The notes under the pieces are model-generated. The model had not been told where the DNA came from. It saw only the letters and a program-made list of their open reading frames with translations, and made no database searches. Shown here piece after piece: positions 10,454 through 23,154 of a stretch of 64,000 nt of DNA. Both the position numbers and the translations under genes were made by a program. Numbering within the stretch: the first letter of the stretch is position 1; every line of letters starts with the position of its first letter. The DNA is from Macrostomum lignano. Its lineage: Eukaryota. The stretch is from assembly GCA_002269645.1 (NCBI GenBank), contig NIVC01001346.1:1-64000 (forward strand). The letters are read 5' to 3'.

Positions 10454-11538
10454 CTGCGTTTTAATAGGCAATGCATTTCACTATTAGGCACATATATAGT
10501 GTATGAAACTAATCATTCACTCTGGTCCAAACTTAGAATGCCAGATTGAAAAAAGTGGAATAGTGGAATGCACTGAAAACTGCTCAATACAAACACCTCT
10601 ACCTTACTCTTTACACTGCTCAGCCTCTCACCTATAAATGTTGCAGAAATTTATGGACATCACTAAGTAGTTTGCCTTTGATATGAGGGGTTGTGCAGTG
10701 TAACAATTGTTACTTATGGTAGCACAGATTTTGATAGCTAAAATTGCTTTTTGAGAGGTTGCACAATGTATACAATATAGCTAACAATGAAACTTCTAAT
10801 ATTGCCAATACTAATGAACCTGGGTACTACAAAGTTATCATAGGAGGGGCACAAGAAGCAGTAGTTTGATTATATATTATCAAAAAAGTTAAAAAGTTTC
10901 CTATTGAATTGGATATACTTGAATATATATATAGATATGCATTTATCTTACTCTATTGTTTGTTCATGATTAAATCACTTTTAGAGGCTGCAGCTATGGC
11001 TTCCATTGAAATAAAGGAGGAAATAAGGATAAAGCATAAGAATAAATCACACTATTGAGAAAGATCATTACAAGTAACACGTTCTAATTTAAAATGATTA
11101 AAAATATTAACTATTTTGCATATATTGTTTTTTGTTAGAAGCATTAAGAGAAGTAGCAATATTTTACTTTTGGATATTTCATTATTTTCTTTGAAAATTA
11201 AGCTTTATATTTTCTATTCAGTTTATTGATGAATATAGATTCAATAAAGATTGGTGAGTTACAATAGTTATCTATTTCTAACTAGGCCTTAAATTAGAGA
11301 ATAAATAGACTTAGAGATAAAAAGCAACAATAAACAATGGTTATAGATTGTAGGTACACATGGGTAGCCAGCCATAGTTTTAGTGATACACTAAGATAAT
11401 TGAGTTGCATGATTGCTTGAGTTAGGCTACTAAGCCTATGAGTCTATTGCATTTGCCTCATATTGACTAGGCCTAACCACCAAATCCTGATTAAGTCTAG
11501 GCCTATCTAATATCTATCCAACTAATAGTTAGATAACT

Positions 11539-14200
11539 AGCCAATTCCAACCCCCGTTGGGGCTTTCCGTCAGAACTCCTACCAAAGTTTTCCCACGCAA
11601 AAGAAATTCACCCAACTGAACCCCCCATCCAAAGAATCTCTCTGATGCAAATAATCTCACATGCAAAAAAACCCTCATCCAAAGAATCCCCATACAAAGA
11701 ACCCCCCATCGACAGAATCCCCGAATCCGAAGAATTCCCCATTCAAGGAATCCTCTATCTGTAGAATTCCCTATTTAATGAATTGCCCATTCATAGAATC
11801 TCACATGCAAAGAATACCAATCCTTCCCGTCCCATCCCCATCCCATCCCATTGATAGAATCCCCGATCCGAAGAATTTCCCATTCAAGGAATCCTCCCAT
11901 CTGAAGAATTCCCCGTCCAATGAATCCCTTATTCAAGAAATCCCCCATCCACAGAAACCCTCTATCCAAAGAATCCCCCCACCCATCCCTATCCAAAGAA
12001 TCGCCCATCCATCCCTATCTAAAGAATCCCCCATCTATCCCTATCCCAAGAATCCTCCTATTCATCTTTATCCAAAGAATTTCCCCATCCATTCCTATCT
12101 AAATAATCCCCCTAACCATCCATATCCAAAAAATTCCTTCTCTAAAAAATCCCCCCTCTAAAGAATTCACATCCTTAAATAATCCCCTATCAAAAGAATA
12201 ATTGGCCAAAGAATCCAGAATCCCCTCATCTAAAGAACCCCCGTTCAAATAACCCCCATCTAAAGAATCATTTATCTAAAGAACCCCCCATTCAAAAAAC
12301 CCTCCATCGAAACAATGCCCCACCGAAAAAATTGCCCAAAAATTTATCTATTAGAAGCATCCCTCATCCAAAGAATCATCAATCCATAGAATTCCCCCAA
12401 GACTTAACATCTCAGCAATTTCCCCAAGCCTCGACACCTCAGAAATTTTCCCTAAGCATTGACATCTAAGCAATTCCGGCGCAAGCCTTGACATGATACC
12501 AATTTCTCCCCGTCCAAAGCCTTGAAATCTCAGTAATTCCCCTCCCCAAGCCTTGATATCTCAGTAATTCCCCTCCCCAAGCCTTGATATCTCAGTAATT
12601 CCCCTCCCCAAGCCTTGATATCTCAGTAATTCTCCCAGTAAGCCTTGATATCTCAGTAATTCCTCCAGTAAGTGTTGACATCTCAGCAATTTCTCCCCGT
12701 CCAAAGCCTTGGCATCTTAGCGATTCCCCTCCCCGAGACTTAAGACCTCAGCAATTCCTTTTTAAGCCTTCACACCTCAGCAATTCCCCCCACAAGCCTT
12801 GACATCTCAGCGATTCCCCCACAAGCCTTGGCATCTCAGCAAGTCCCTCTTAAGCCTTCACATGTCATTAATTCCCCAAGGTAAGATTTTATACATGTAT
12901 CTCAAATTCCCCTTGTAAATCTTGACATCTTAAAATTCTCTTCCAAGCAAGCATCCCCCAAGAGCAAGCGTCCTTCCGATAGCAAGCATCCCCTGATAGA
13001 AAGTACCCCCAGCAAGATTAGTGAAGCAATTTTCTCAGCTAGCCAATTCCAACTCCCGTTGGGGCTTTCTGTCCAAACTCCAGCCACAGTTTTCCTACGC
13101 AATAAAATTTCACCCAACTGAATCTCCCATACAAAGAATCCCTCATCCAAAGAATACACCACCCATAAAATCCACGATACAAAGAATCTCACATGCAAAG
13201 AAGCCGCCATCCAAAAAACCTCCCATCGATAGAATCACCGATCCCAAGAATTCCCCATTCAAGGAATTCTCCTATCTGAAGAATTGCCCATCCATAGAAT
13301 CTTACATGCAGAGAATCCCCATCCAAAGAACCCCCATCGATAGAATCCCCGATCCAAAGAATCCCCCTATCCATCCCTATCCAAAAAATCCCCGACCTCC
13401 ATCCATATCAAAAAATCCCCCATCCAAAGAACCCCTATCAATAGAATCCCAGATCCAAAGAATTTCCCATTCAAGGACTTCTCCTATCTGAAGAATTTCC
13501 CATCCAATGCATTGCCCATCCATAACATCTCACATGCAAAGAATCCCATTCAAAAGAATCTTTATTTAAAGAATCCCTCATTCACAAAATCCCCATCGAA
13601 AGAATCCTCCACCCATTCATATCCAAAGAATCCCCCATCCATTCCTAACTAAAGAATCTCCCTCCAAAGAATCCCCATGCAAATAATCCACGTCCAAATA
13701 ATCCCCATCCACAGAATCTCCATCCACATTATCCATTGATTCTCCCATCAAAAGAATAACTGGCCAAAGAATACCTTCATCTAAAAAACCCGTTCACAAA
13801 ATTCACGTCCAAATAATCCCAATCAACAGAATCCCCCATTCAAGGAATCCAAAGAATGTCCCATCCAAATAATCCGCCCATTAATAGAATTCTTGGCCAA
13901 AGAATCCCCTCATCTCCTCGAGATATCCATTAGAAGCATCTCTCGTTCAAAGATTCCCCAATCCATAGAATTCCCCCCCAAGACTTAACATCTCAGCAAT
14001 TCCCACCAAGCCTTGACACCTCAGAAATTCCCTCCAAGCCTTGACATCTCAGAAATTCACTCTTAAGCCTTGGCATCTCAGTAATTCTCTCAGTAAGCCC
14101 TTATATATCAGTAATTCCCCCAGTAAGTCTTGACATCTCAGCAATTCCCCTCACGTCTTGATATTTCAGCAATTCCCTCTCAGCCTTGGCATCTCAGTTT
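11539..14200. repeat. Degenerate AAGAATCCCCCATCC / CCTTGACATCTCAGCAATT satellite organised as a ~1.5-kb tandem duplication
   Basis: The anchor AGCCAATTCCAAC(C/T)CCCGTTGGGGCTTT occurs at about 11539 and 13040, each followed by the same succession of repeat types. Confidence 0.8.
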
Positions 14201-14334
14201 AATAAAAAAATTTGAATATGGACTACATGAATACTCGTAGCTTCTCTTCTACCTGATTTACCTGACGTTTTTTTAGTTTTCTTTAGCTAAAAAGTTTAAA
14301 ATTAATTTTTTTTAATAAAAAAGCTTTTACAAAT

Positions 14335-14397
14335 TAAAAATTCGAACCCACGTCGCTGCTTTAGCAGGTCAGTCTGTTTACCTCTAGGCTAGCTCTC
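14335..14397 (-). other. tRNA-like Pol III head (A and B box remnant), probably a SINE fragment
   Basis: Minus strand reads GAGCTAGCCTAGAGGTAAACAGACTGACCTGCTAAAGCAGCGACGTGGGTTCGAAT. No acceptor stem. Confidence 0.35.
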
Positions 14398-15798
14398 ATC
14401 GTTTTGATAACATAAATCGTCGCACTTATATAATTCAACACTTTCTAAACTCCACGCACAGAGTAAATCACGCGAAGCAGTTATGACATAATTTCTAATG
14501 ATAAAGTAGGGGTTTGCGATATTGGAGAGCGTACAATGAGTATATAAAGTAAAGTTCATAGGAATCTTCTTTTTAATGATGTGCTTTTAATTTTTCGAAT
14601 CTAAGCAAAAAATTATATTCCCGAACTCAGCGTTTCAAGCTCTTTCTAGCAATACAAGGCTCTCTTCTGAAAGTAAAAAACTCGAAGCACAAACAACGAT
14701 TGAACATTCCTGCTATAAAGCATTCAAATTCATAAGGTGTACATTCAGCGCTAGCTACAGTGAGAGGCCTGCAAGTTGATGCATTGAAATTAACAACCAA
14801 GCCAGCCCATGAATAATTGAATAGCGACACCCGCCCCTCAATTAAAATGTGTTGCGCAACCTTTCAACGCTTGTAGCTCTCCACGCGAGTGTGGAGAACC
14901 AATGCTATAGTTGGCACTGAGTTATGATGCAATACAATTCCATCGGCAGTCAGACTGCTTCTCAATCGGAAAGAACTGTTTGAACTTTAAAAAAACAGGG
15001 AGAAAATCGAGTTTTTCGAATATTTAAGCCCAAAAAATGAAGCAATTTCTTAGCAAAATTTTGTGTACCAGCGCACCATCAATACGCATCGAATGCAGAA
15101 AACCCCACGAAATTCTGACTATGTAGAGTCAAGTTAAGCAAAGGTTCCTATAGGTACATAGTTTTGATTTTTAGTATATTGGATTGGAAGCATCCAGAAT
15201 TTTTATTATACCCCCCCTTAATTGGTTACACAAGTTAAATAGAGTAATTATCTGGGCAGTGGGGCAAAGTGAATTTTCTTATCAGTTGGCTCTGGCGCAA
15301 TCATTAAAATTGGCTGTGAAGTTTCTCGCTGCGCGCAGGCTGATAAAAAAATACACTAAAAAGGCCATTTAAAACAGTTTTTCGAATATTTAATCCCTTT
15401 AGCATTGAGCTAGAGCTTAATAAAATTACATGTACCGTCCCAGGCACATTTGACATCTTTTGGCGAAGAAACGGAGAAAATCGGTTGAGCCTTTTGGGAG
15501 ATAACCTGTTACATACCCACAGACAGACAGGGCCGGTGGAGGGGGGTTGCTACTTTAGATATATTAGATGTCTAAGACAAATCTTCCAAGCCTCATTACT
15601 CTATGCCCATTTGAATTGCAAATTCTAAGAAAATAATTAAACATGCAAAGTAAAATATTGCTAAACCTAAAGAAGTACTAGGGCAGGGGTCAGCAACCTC
15701 TGGCCCGCAAAGATTTTCTATGCAGCCTACAAACTTCCTTAATCTTAAATATTATAATCCAGCCCGCACCCTTATTGTAACTTCATTGTTTCTCCCAT

Positions 15799-16057
15799 CT
15801 TATTTATACGGAGCCATCTTATTTATACGGAGCCATCTTATTTATACGGAGCCATCTTATTTATACGGAGCCATCTTATTTATACGGAGCCATCTTATTT
15901 ATACGGAGCCATCTTATTTATACGGAGCCATCTTATTTATACGGAGCCATCTTATTTATACGGAGCCATCTTATTTATACGGAGCCATCTTATTTATACG
16001 GAGCCATCTTATTTATACGGAGCCATCTTATTTATACGGAGCCATCTTATTTATACG
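15799..16057. repeat. 19-bp minisatellite, 13 full copies plus 12 nt (CTTATTTATACGGAGCCAT)
   Basis: Perfect tandem units ending just before the LINE start codon. Confidence 0.97.
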
Positions 16058-16071
16058 CCCCTGGCATATAA

Positions 16072-19000
16072 ATGCCGCGACCTCCTGGCACCCCTGGGCA
16101 GAGCATCGCCCCGGAGCATAGCCAAGGTTGGCTCGGAGTGCCGCGCCCTCAAGCTGCGGCAGCCAACAGCGGCAAGGCCAAGACCCCCCGCGGCCAGCGC
16201 AGTGCTGCCCGCCGCACCCAGCGGCGCAGAGAGCGCAACCGGCGCAGTCGTGCCCATGGAGCAGCAAAGCGCGCAGGCAGGCGGGAGGCCGAGGCCCTGG
16301 ATCCTCCGGGTGGCGCCGGGGACCACGAGGCCCAACAGCATCGGGCCCCAGCCGTACCAGAGCACCCCCTTCGGCTGGCAACCTGGAACTGCCGGACCCT
16401 CAAGGAGAACTGGCGCCAGGGCCTGCTGGCAAAGCTGGCTCAGGAGACGAAGATGGACCTGGTGGCTCTGCAGGAGGTGTCTATCGTGGCCGGCCCCGGC
16501 CTCCAGCGTGAAGAGCTGGGAGCTGGCTGGAGCCTCCTGTACACATCAGCGGACAAGAGAGGTCATGGAGGAGTAGGAGTGCTGGTCGGGCCAAAGCTGC
16601 AACAGAGTGTGTGCTGCCAGAGCCTGTCCCCTCGGCTGCTGCGGATCGACCTGCGGCTGAGGAGTCGGAGCGCCCACATTTTCTGCGCCTACGCGCCGAC
16701 AGCTGCCCACCCCGATGAAGCTCGTGTCTTTTTCGAGTTCTTGTCCGGGCAGGTGGAGGCTGTGGCACAACGGGACACGGTGATCGTGCTCGGTGATCTG
16801 AACGCTGTCATGCGCAGGTCAGACCGGGCCCCCTTCGTGACCCCGCGCGAGAATGCCAACACCGAGGCGCTGACCGACTTCGTGGCTCGGCATGACATGG
16901 TGTCGATGAACACGTGGTTCCGGAAACCCGAGCAGCGGCTGGCAACCTTTGCCGGCTGCAAGCGGCCGCGGCGCAACAACAACTGCCGCCGGAATGCCAC
17001 GACGAGGCTGGCGCAGCTGGACCACGTGCTACTGCACTTTCGAGAGCGTGGCCGTGTGACCAACTGCGATACCATCATGCCATTGGCGCCGAAGTCCGAC
17101 CACAAGCTGCTCTTCTGCGACATCAAGCTGAAGGACCCGCTCTACCGGCCGCCCAAGCGGAAGCCGAAGCACTTCTTCCGGGCTCTGCGTGACGATGCGA
17201 CCCAGGTTCGCTTCGCCCGCGCGTTTGTGGATGCCCTCGACGGCAAGAAGGAAGCCGACTACCCCGAGATCTGCACGGCCGTCCAATCTGCTGCGGAGTG
17301 GACCCTACCGTTGGTGAAGCCCCTGCAGAAAGGTCGGCCAGTCTGGGAGGTGGACCTGGAAGTGCAAAGTGCGAGGCTGAGGCTTGAGCAGCTGCGACGG
17401 GCGGGCAGGACTGCGGAGGTGGACGAAGCCGAGGCGGCCCTCGCAGCCGCCTATGAGCAAGGACAACAGGCCGCCGTAGAAGAGACCATCAGGACGGTGA
17501 CAACGGCAGGGCACGACGGCAAGCGCCGCGCCGTGTGGAGCGCTGTGAACGCGCTGACCGGGAGGAAGAGCCGCACGAGCCTCAACCTCCCCGGCGACGG
17601 CCCGCCGGAACGAGCTGCGGGACTTTTTCGGCACCATCGTGAACGCGCCGCCGCCGGTGCTGCAGGCGGAGATGCCGCTGCCGCCGGAAGTGGCCCTGCC
17701 CAAGGAGGAGGATTTCGACGTCAGCCCCATTACTCTGGACGAGGTGGTGTTGCAGGCGAAGAAGTCCCCTGGTGGAAGAGCGGCCGGCCCGGATGAGATC
17801 CCTGTCGAGGCGCTGCGAGTCCTGCCGGTGGCCCGTGCGGTCGCCGGTGTGATGAACCGCGTACTTGACGGGGGTGCAGCCCCAACTGAGTGGACGACGG
17901 CCCACATGATCCCCATCCCAAAGAAGCCCGGCACAACTCGGAAAGAAGAACATAGGGGCATCTCGCTGATGTCTTGCGCCGCGAAGCTCTTCAACAAGAT
18001 CCTGCTGACGCGGCTGCAACCGGTGCTGGACCCGTTTCTGCGGCACGAGCAGAACGGCTTCCGGCCACACCGGGGCACAGCGACCCAGATCCTTGCCCTC
18101 AGGAGGACAATCGAGGAGGCGCGCACCCGCCAGGCGACGCTGATCTGTGTCTTCGTTGACTTCAGAAAGGCGTTCGACTCGGTGGCGCGCGGCGCCCTTG
18201 TGCCGGTGCTCCGGGCTTACCACGTGCCCCAGCGCCTGGTCAGCGCAGTCATGGCGCTCTACCAGGACACTCAAGCCGCCGTGGTGACGCCCGACGGGCT
18301 GTCGGACCCATTCAGTACAACATCTGGAGTGCTGCAGGGCGACACGCTAGCGCCCTTCTTGTTCGTGCTGGTCCTCGACTGGGTGCTGCGGACTGCGCTT
18401 CCATCCGACGCCGACGGCTTCATGCTGTGCAGGCGCACGAGCAGCCGCCATCCAGAGAAGAGACTGTCGCTGCTGGGCTATGCCGACGACCTGGCGCTGC
18501 TGGCCTCCACGGCGGATGGAGCCCAGCGGATGCTGGACAGCCTGGTGGCGATAGCGGCTACGGTCGGCCTGGTTGTTAACACCGACAAGACGGAGGTCCT
18601 GACGGTGCCAGCGGAGCTGCCTGCCAATATCACCTGCCGCGGCGCAGACGGTCACGCGGCCCCTCTACCCCGCTGCACGCGCTTCACGTACCTCGGCGGT
18701 CTGGTGCCCAGCGTTCAGGAGGACCTGGCGCTACGCAGAGGCCTGGCTTGGGCGGCCTTCCACTCAGTCCGGGTTGTTCTGCAGAGCGCCGCGCTGCCAG
18801 ATCGCCTGAGGTCTCGGCTGTTTCAGGCGGTGGTCGAGACCGTCCTGACTTACAACGCCGAGACGTGGACGCTGACCGAGACGCTGGAGAAGCGGCTGGA
18901 CGCGGCCCACTCCAGCCTGCTGCGCGCGGCCTTCGGCATCTCCTACCCTGAGGTGGTCTCGAACGCGGCCCTCTACCGACGAGCCGGCCTGCGACCACCC

Positions 19001-19234
19001 AGCGAGACCATCCGGCGGCGGCGGCTGCAGCTGGCGGGCCACGTGATCCGCGCCGAAACCTACTGCCCTGAACCGGTGCAGGACGTCCTGCTGCTCACGC
19101 TGCAGGGCCCCTGGCGCCGAGGGCAGGCCAGGACGCGCCAGTACGTGGACTGCCTGCTGGCTGACGCCAGTGTCATCGGCCAGACCAACGCTGCGGCTGC
19201 CTTCAGGGAGCAAGCCAGAAGGAGAGTGCTCTGA
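16072..19234 (+). CDS. AP endonuclease-reverse transcriptase polyprotein (RTE clade), one frameshift at about 17600-17610
   Basis: APE motifs LATWNCRTL, LQEV, CAYAPT, LGDLNA, QLDHVL, SDHKLL. RT motifs PIPKK, QNGFR, FVDFRKAFDSV, GVLQGDTLAP, YADD, FTYLGG. RTE-type YNAETWTL and RRRRLQLAGHVIR. Confidence 0.93.
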
Positions 19235-19392
19235 CACTGCCGCCACGCTCTCACATTTCCGTTTCTTTTCCCCCTTTTTTTGCTCTTCCGTCCCGTGCTG
19301 CCCCCTTTTCCTTTTGCTTTCTTTTGCAGCGGTGTACATGTATGTATGTATATTCTCCCATAAAAGTTTTTTATACAAAAAATAGGGAATTT

Positions 19393-21686
19393 CCCAGTGA
19401 AAAGTGATTCATGGATTTCATGTGGGTTCCATGTGGCAATGTGGAATTTAAATGTTTCTTTTATTTTTGCTAAATATAATGACAAAAATTACAGAATGGC
19501 ATGCAAAGTATTTTTAATGCATTAATTTTTTACTTTTACTATCCTAATGATGATGTGGATTTCACAAGGAATTCATCAAAAATAAGTATATATTGATTCA
19601 ACATAGAATCCACTTCAATAAAAATTGAAATATACCACATCTAGACGTTTTTATTAAATTACTACAACTAATTATTATATTTATTTGCTTTTAAGTAAAA
19701 CCTTATATCTTTAAGCTAAATTATAATTGAAAAATCAGACACTGTTAAAATAGACGAAATAGAAGTAAACAGTAAAAAATGTTTTGTGCTTTTTAAAATA
19801 GAATTTATTTTATTTATGTTACTTACTTATTTACTTACTACTGACGGGGGGCGCAGGCGCCGCGAATAGGCCGCGAGGCCCCTATCGCAACCCCAAGGTA
19901 AAAGAGCACAAGGATTAACCTTGGGGGTGCGCCCAGTCCCCGCCAGTAGTCGGCATTTTATTTATGTTTGACAATGTCTTAGTTCAATGCCTTGAAGGAT
20001 AATTTCCTTGTTTATAGCTATAAGCACCTTAAAAATTTTAGTAGGCCTAGCCTACAGGCTATAACTTAAGGCCATGGCCGCCATGGGATTAGAAATTAGA
20101 TAAATCTGTATTTTATCATAGATAGGCCTAATACTTTTAATAGTAAAATCCATGATAAAATATTTATCCAATTTCTAGGAATTCCATGGCCATGCCTATA
20201 GATTGGCCACTTATTTTTTAAACTATAATAGGCCTATAGAAGCTCAAAAATTCCTCTTAGTCCTATCTGTCTATGTGCATACCTATTAGGCCTATTTTAA
20301 GCCATAATTATCAATATAGGCCCTACTATTTAAATTAAGGTTAGGCCTAGCTTGACTTTGTGAATTGCGACTTTTTAATCAGTTAAAAATCTATTAAGTT
20401 ATGATTTTTCTATAAAAAACCTATTATTAGCACCTTTTAGACTTTTTAGATTTTTTAAAACAGTTTACTAGCTAGGTCTATAATAAATAGGTTAATTTTC
20501 ATTTATACTTGCTTTTGGCATAGTAAGCCTAGCAGATCCCTAAGGTTTAGGCCTAATCTGTTATGATTAAAAAATGATTATTGTAAATTTGATTAGATTT
20601 AGGCCAAGTCCAAAATTTAATAGTTATACTATAGCTACTTAGCTTTAATGTTTTATTATACTAGCAAATGTAAAAAACTTGCATTGCTTTGCCTTTACTT
20701 TATAGTCTAGAATCAATTTTATAATAAAAAATCAAATCTATAAACATATATATCAATTATTTTTGTACTGATTATTTCATTAGTATTTCTATTGATTGGC
20801 TTAGGCCTAGTTAGGCCTAATTTTCAAATCATCTTTATTAAATATCTATCTTTAAAAGTTTAAAAGTTTTATAAGTTGTATTCATATAATATATCAATCT
20901 TAATTGGTAACAACTTTCTATTTCATTTCAGTCTAACATCAGTTTTAATCACATCACATGGCCTATCCTCAAACTTGGGTGTCACCTTGGTCTTGCCTTT
21001 GAAGAAGCCTGCAAAGCTACTTGGAATTTGAATTTTAAATTCAGAATGTTACCTAAATGTATAAAATTATTTAATTTAACTTTTCTTTTCTGAGGTTGCT
21101 CACTATCACCTGACCTGAAGAAGCAGCATTCTGGCAATTGGCAGCAACATGTTTATGACTATATTCTGGTGCATTATATCATTGTTAATTTATTAATGCT
21201 ATTATCAGTTTCAAGTTAAATATTCTTTATCATATGCGCAACTAAAAGTATCAATATCTACATCAGAATGTTTATTTTTTGTAGTCAGACTACTACTGTA
21301 CATAAATATATCTTACTTAATATGAGACATCCTTTTTAAATATATTTTTGTGCAGAAATATTTTTTACTATACTGTTTTATCTGTTTCAGTTTCTTTTTT
21401 ATGGTTTTAAGATCTGGGGTTCATTTTGAGATTTTGAGATCTGGGGTTTGTTTTTAAATTTTGAGATCTAGGATTTTTTGAGATTTAAGATGCAACAATT
21501 TATTATGGCAACCAGTATAATGGCTGCTTACTCAATGTGGATTTTATGTGAAATACATTATTACTTCCATGTGGATCTTCCATGTGGAATCCATATCTTG
21601 ATTCCACATGGATGGACGGAGACAAATGCACATATGGATTTCATATGAAAAATCCACATGGAATCCATATATTTTTTTAAACTGGG
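19393..21686. mobile_element. Non-autonomous EnSpm/CMC-like DNA element
   Basis: CCCAGT...ACTGGG termini. Both ends read CCCAGT-N12-ATGGATT(T/C)CATGTGG. Subterminal CCATGTGGA/TCCACATGG repeats and TT on both flanks. Confidence 0.6.
19821..19954 (-). mobile_element. 134-bp GC-rich, highly structured retroposed insert with (TAAG)n tail
   Basis: 14-bp TSD ATTTTATTTATGTT at 19807-19820 and 19955-19968. Minus-strand 3-prime tail GTAAGTAAATAAGTAAGT. Nested inverted repeats. Confidence 0.8.
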
Positions 21687-22538
21687 TTCTTTCCTCAGTT
21701 GCCAACTTTAATGACAAATTAGTAATGAGACATACTGATTATGTAAGTGGCTGTTTATAAACTCTAGATAGATAGCACATTAGTTCAAACTCTCATATAG
21801 AATAGAAATAGAACTGGCAGCAAAGGAAAGTGAGGTGGTGGTAGGCCAACAATGGGAGTACAAATGTAGTAATGTAGTAAAGACCCAGGGGTGGATTCTG
21901 GAGGGTTGGAGGGTAAAGAGTAAAGACCTAGGGGGGCAGAAGAGGATAAAGAAAGACCTAGGGGGCAACCTGTGGCCCATGGCCATAGTCAGGAAGATGG
22001 CCTTTTTCATAGAAAATTCTGGCACAAAAGGGGTTAGACCTGCGCCACATTGGTGAATTCTGATGCAAAAGTAGACAAGGAAGAAAAATCTGGCGCAATA
22101 AGGTGCAAGACAAAAAATCTAATATAATTTAATCTAAATTTAAATCTAATCTTAATCTAAATAAATCTAATATAATCTTATCTAAATATAATTTGATATA
22201 AGAAAAAAACGTCCAAAAAGACACTATTTTCTCTAACAGAAAATTACATGCATAATTTCTTGTTATTAGCACTTTTTGTTTGCCTGTCTATTGATAGCTT
22301 GTTTATTAATTTATGTTAACATTGCATTTTCTATGAAACATATTCAAATACAAGTTTTACTGGTATTTTTTAAATGGAAATTATTGATTATTGTATTTTT
22401 GAAAGTTGCAGTATACACCACCAGCAAACTTTTTTGATAAGATTTTTTCTAGCGCATGGCGCAATCAAACTTTTTTGATAGGATTCATTCTGGCACAGGC
22501 ATGCCATGATCCTGACTATGGGCCCATAGTCTTGAACT

Positions 22539-22909
22539 TGGGGGAGAAGGGGGGCGTAGCCCAGCGGTAGCGCAGCTGCTTTGGTATGCCAGCAACCCAG
22601 GCTTGATTCCAAGTGCAGTCACATTAATTTGGGGCTGAATTGGAATCTCGGCTTGGCTCTGCTTGTGCAATTAATGGCCTTGAGAGCCAACCTCCCAAGG
22701 TGCAGTGAAGTGTACATGCCTAACGATAATATAAAGTTAGGGCCACTATACACTCCTGTGTGAGTGTATGCCTGCATACATATTTGCGCGCTCATATGCT
22801 TGCTCAGGGGAGTCGGCAGAATGGGCAACAATGCCGCTTGCCAGTTGTGTGCCTATGTTGCTTAAAGAGTGCCAGGGTACACACAGCCCTCTGCCTCTAA
22901 TAAAAAATG
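22539..22909 (+). mobile_element. tRNA-derived SINE (~370 bp)
   Basis: A box TAGCCCAGCGG, degenerate B box GGCTTGATTCC, A-rich end, and 10-bp TSD GTCTTGAACT at 22529-22538 and 22910-22919. Confidence 0.75.
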
Positions 22910-23154
22910 GTCTTGAACTAGAAACCTAATTTGGTCCTCAAGTAGAAAAAGGTTTCCAACCTATGTACTAGGGCCTAGAATTATTTTTTATTAGGGCCTA
23001 CTGTACTGTAGCCTAGAGATTTTAGAGTGTGAAAAATACCATGTTCTATAGGCCATAAAATGTCATATTTAGCTGTTATAGAAGGCCATAACATGATATA
23101 TAGATGGCATTTTTTCTAGTTGGATATCTTTTCATATAGGCTTGAACTATGTCT

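Larger units (their letters stand above)
15799..19352 (+). mobile_element. Apparently full-length RTE-clade non-LTR retrotransposon including a 5-prime minisatellite
   Basis: TTCTCCCAT duplicated at 15790-15798 and 19353-19361 (candidate TSD). (TGTA)n tail at about 19337-19350. Single APE-RT coding region. Confidence 0.85.

Noticed and set aside
8328-13491. ORFs 8328-8990, 9186-10068, 11661-12161 and 13021-13491
   Set aside because: Satellite read-through, or antisense to the Y-box RGG exon.
15470-15570. Helitron/Helentron-like 3-prime end (ACAGACAGACAG...TAGATATATTAGAT)
   Set aside because: The resemblance is from memory only, and boundaries and hairpin could not be established.
15684-15708. 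hAT-like left end CAGGGGTCAGCAACC
   Set aside because: No matching right end found nearby; a solo remnant at best.
16028-19485. Numerous overlapping and antisense ORFs over the LINE
   Set aside because: Shadow ORFs of GC-rich RT coding sequence.
22551-22620. Functional tRNA gene
   Set aside because: The acceptor and T stems do not close, the B box is decayed, and it is embedded in a TSD-flanked SINE.
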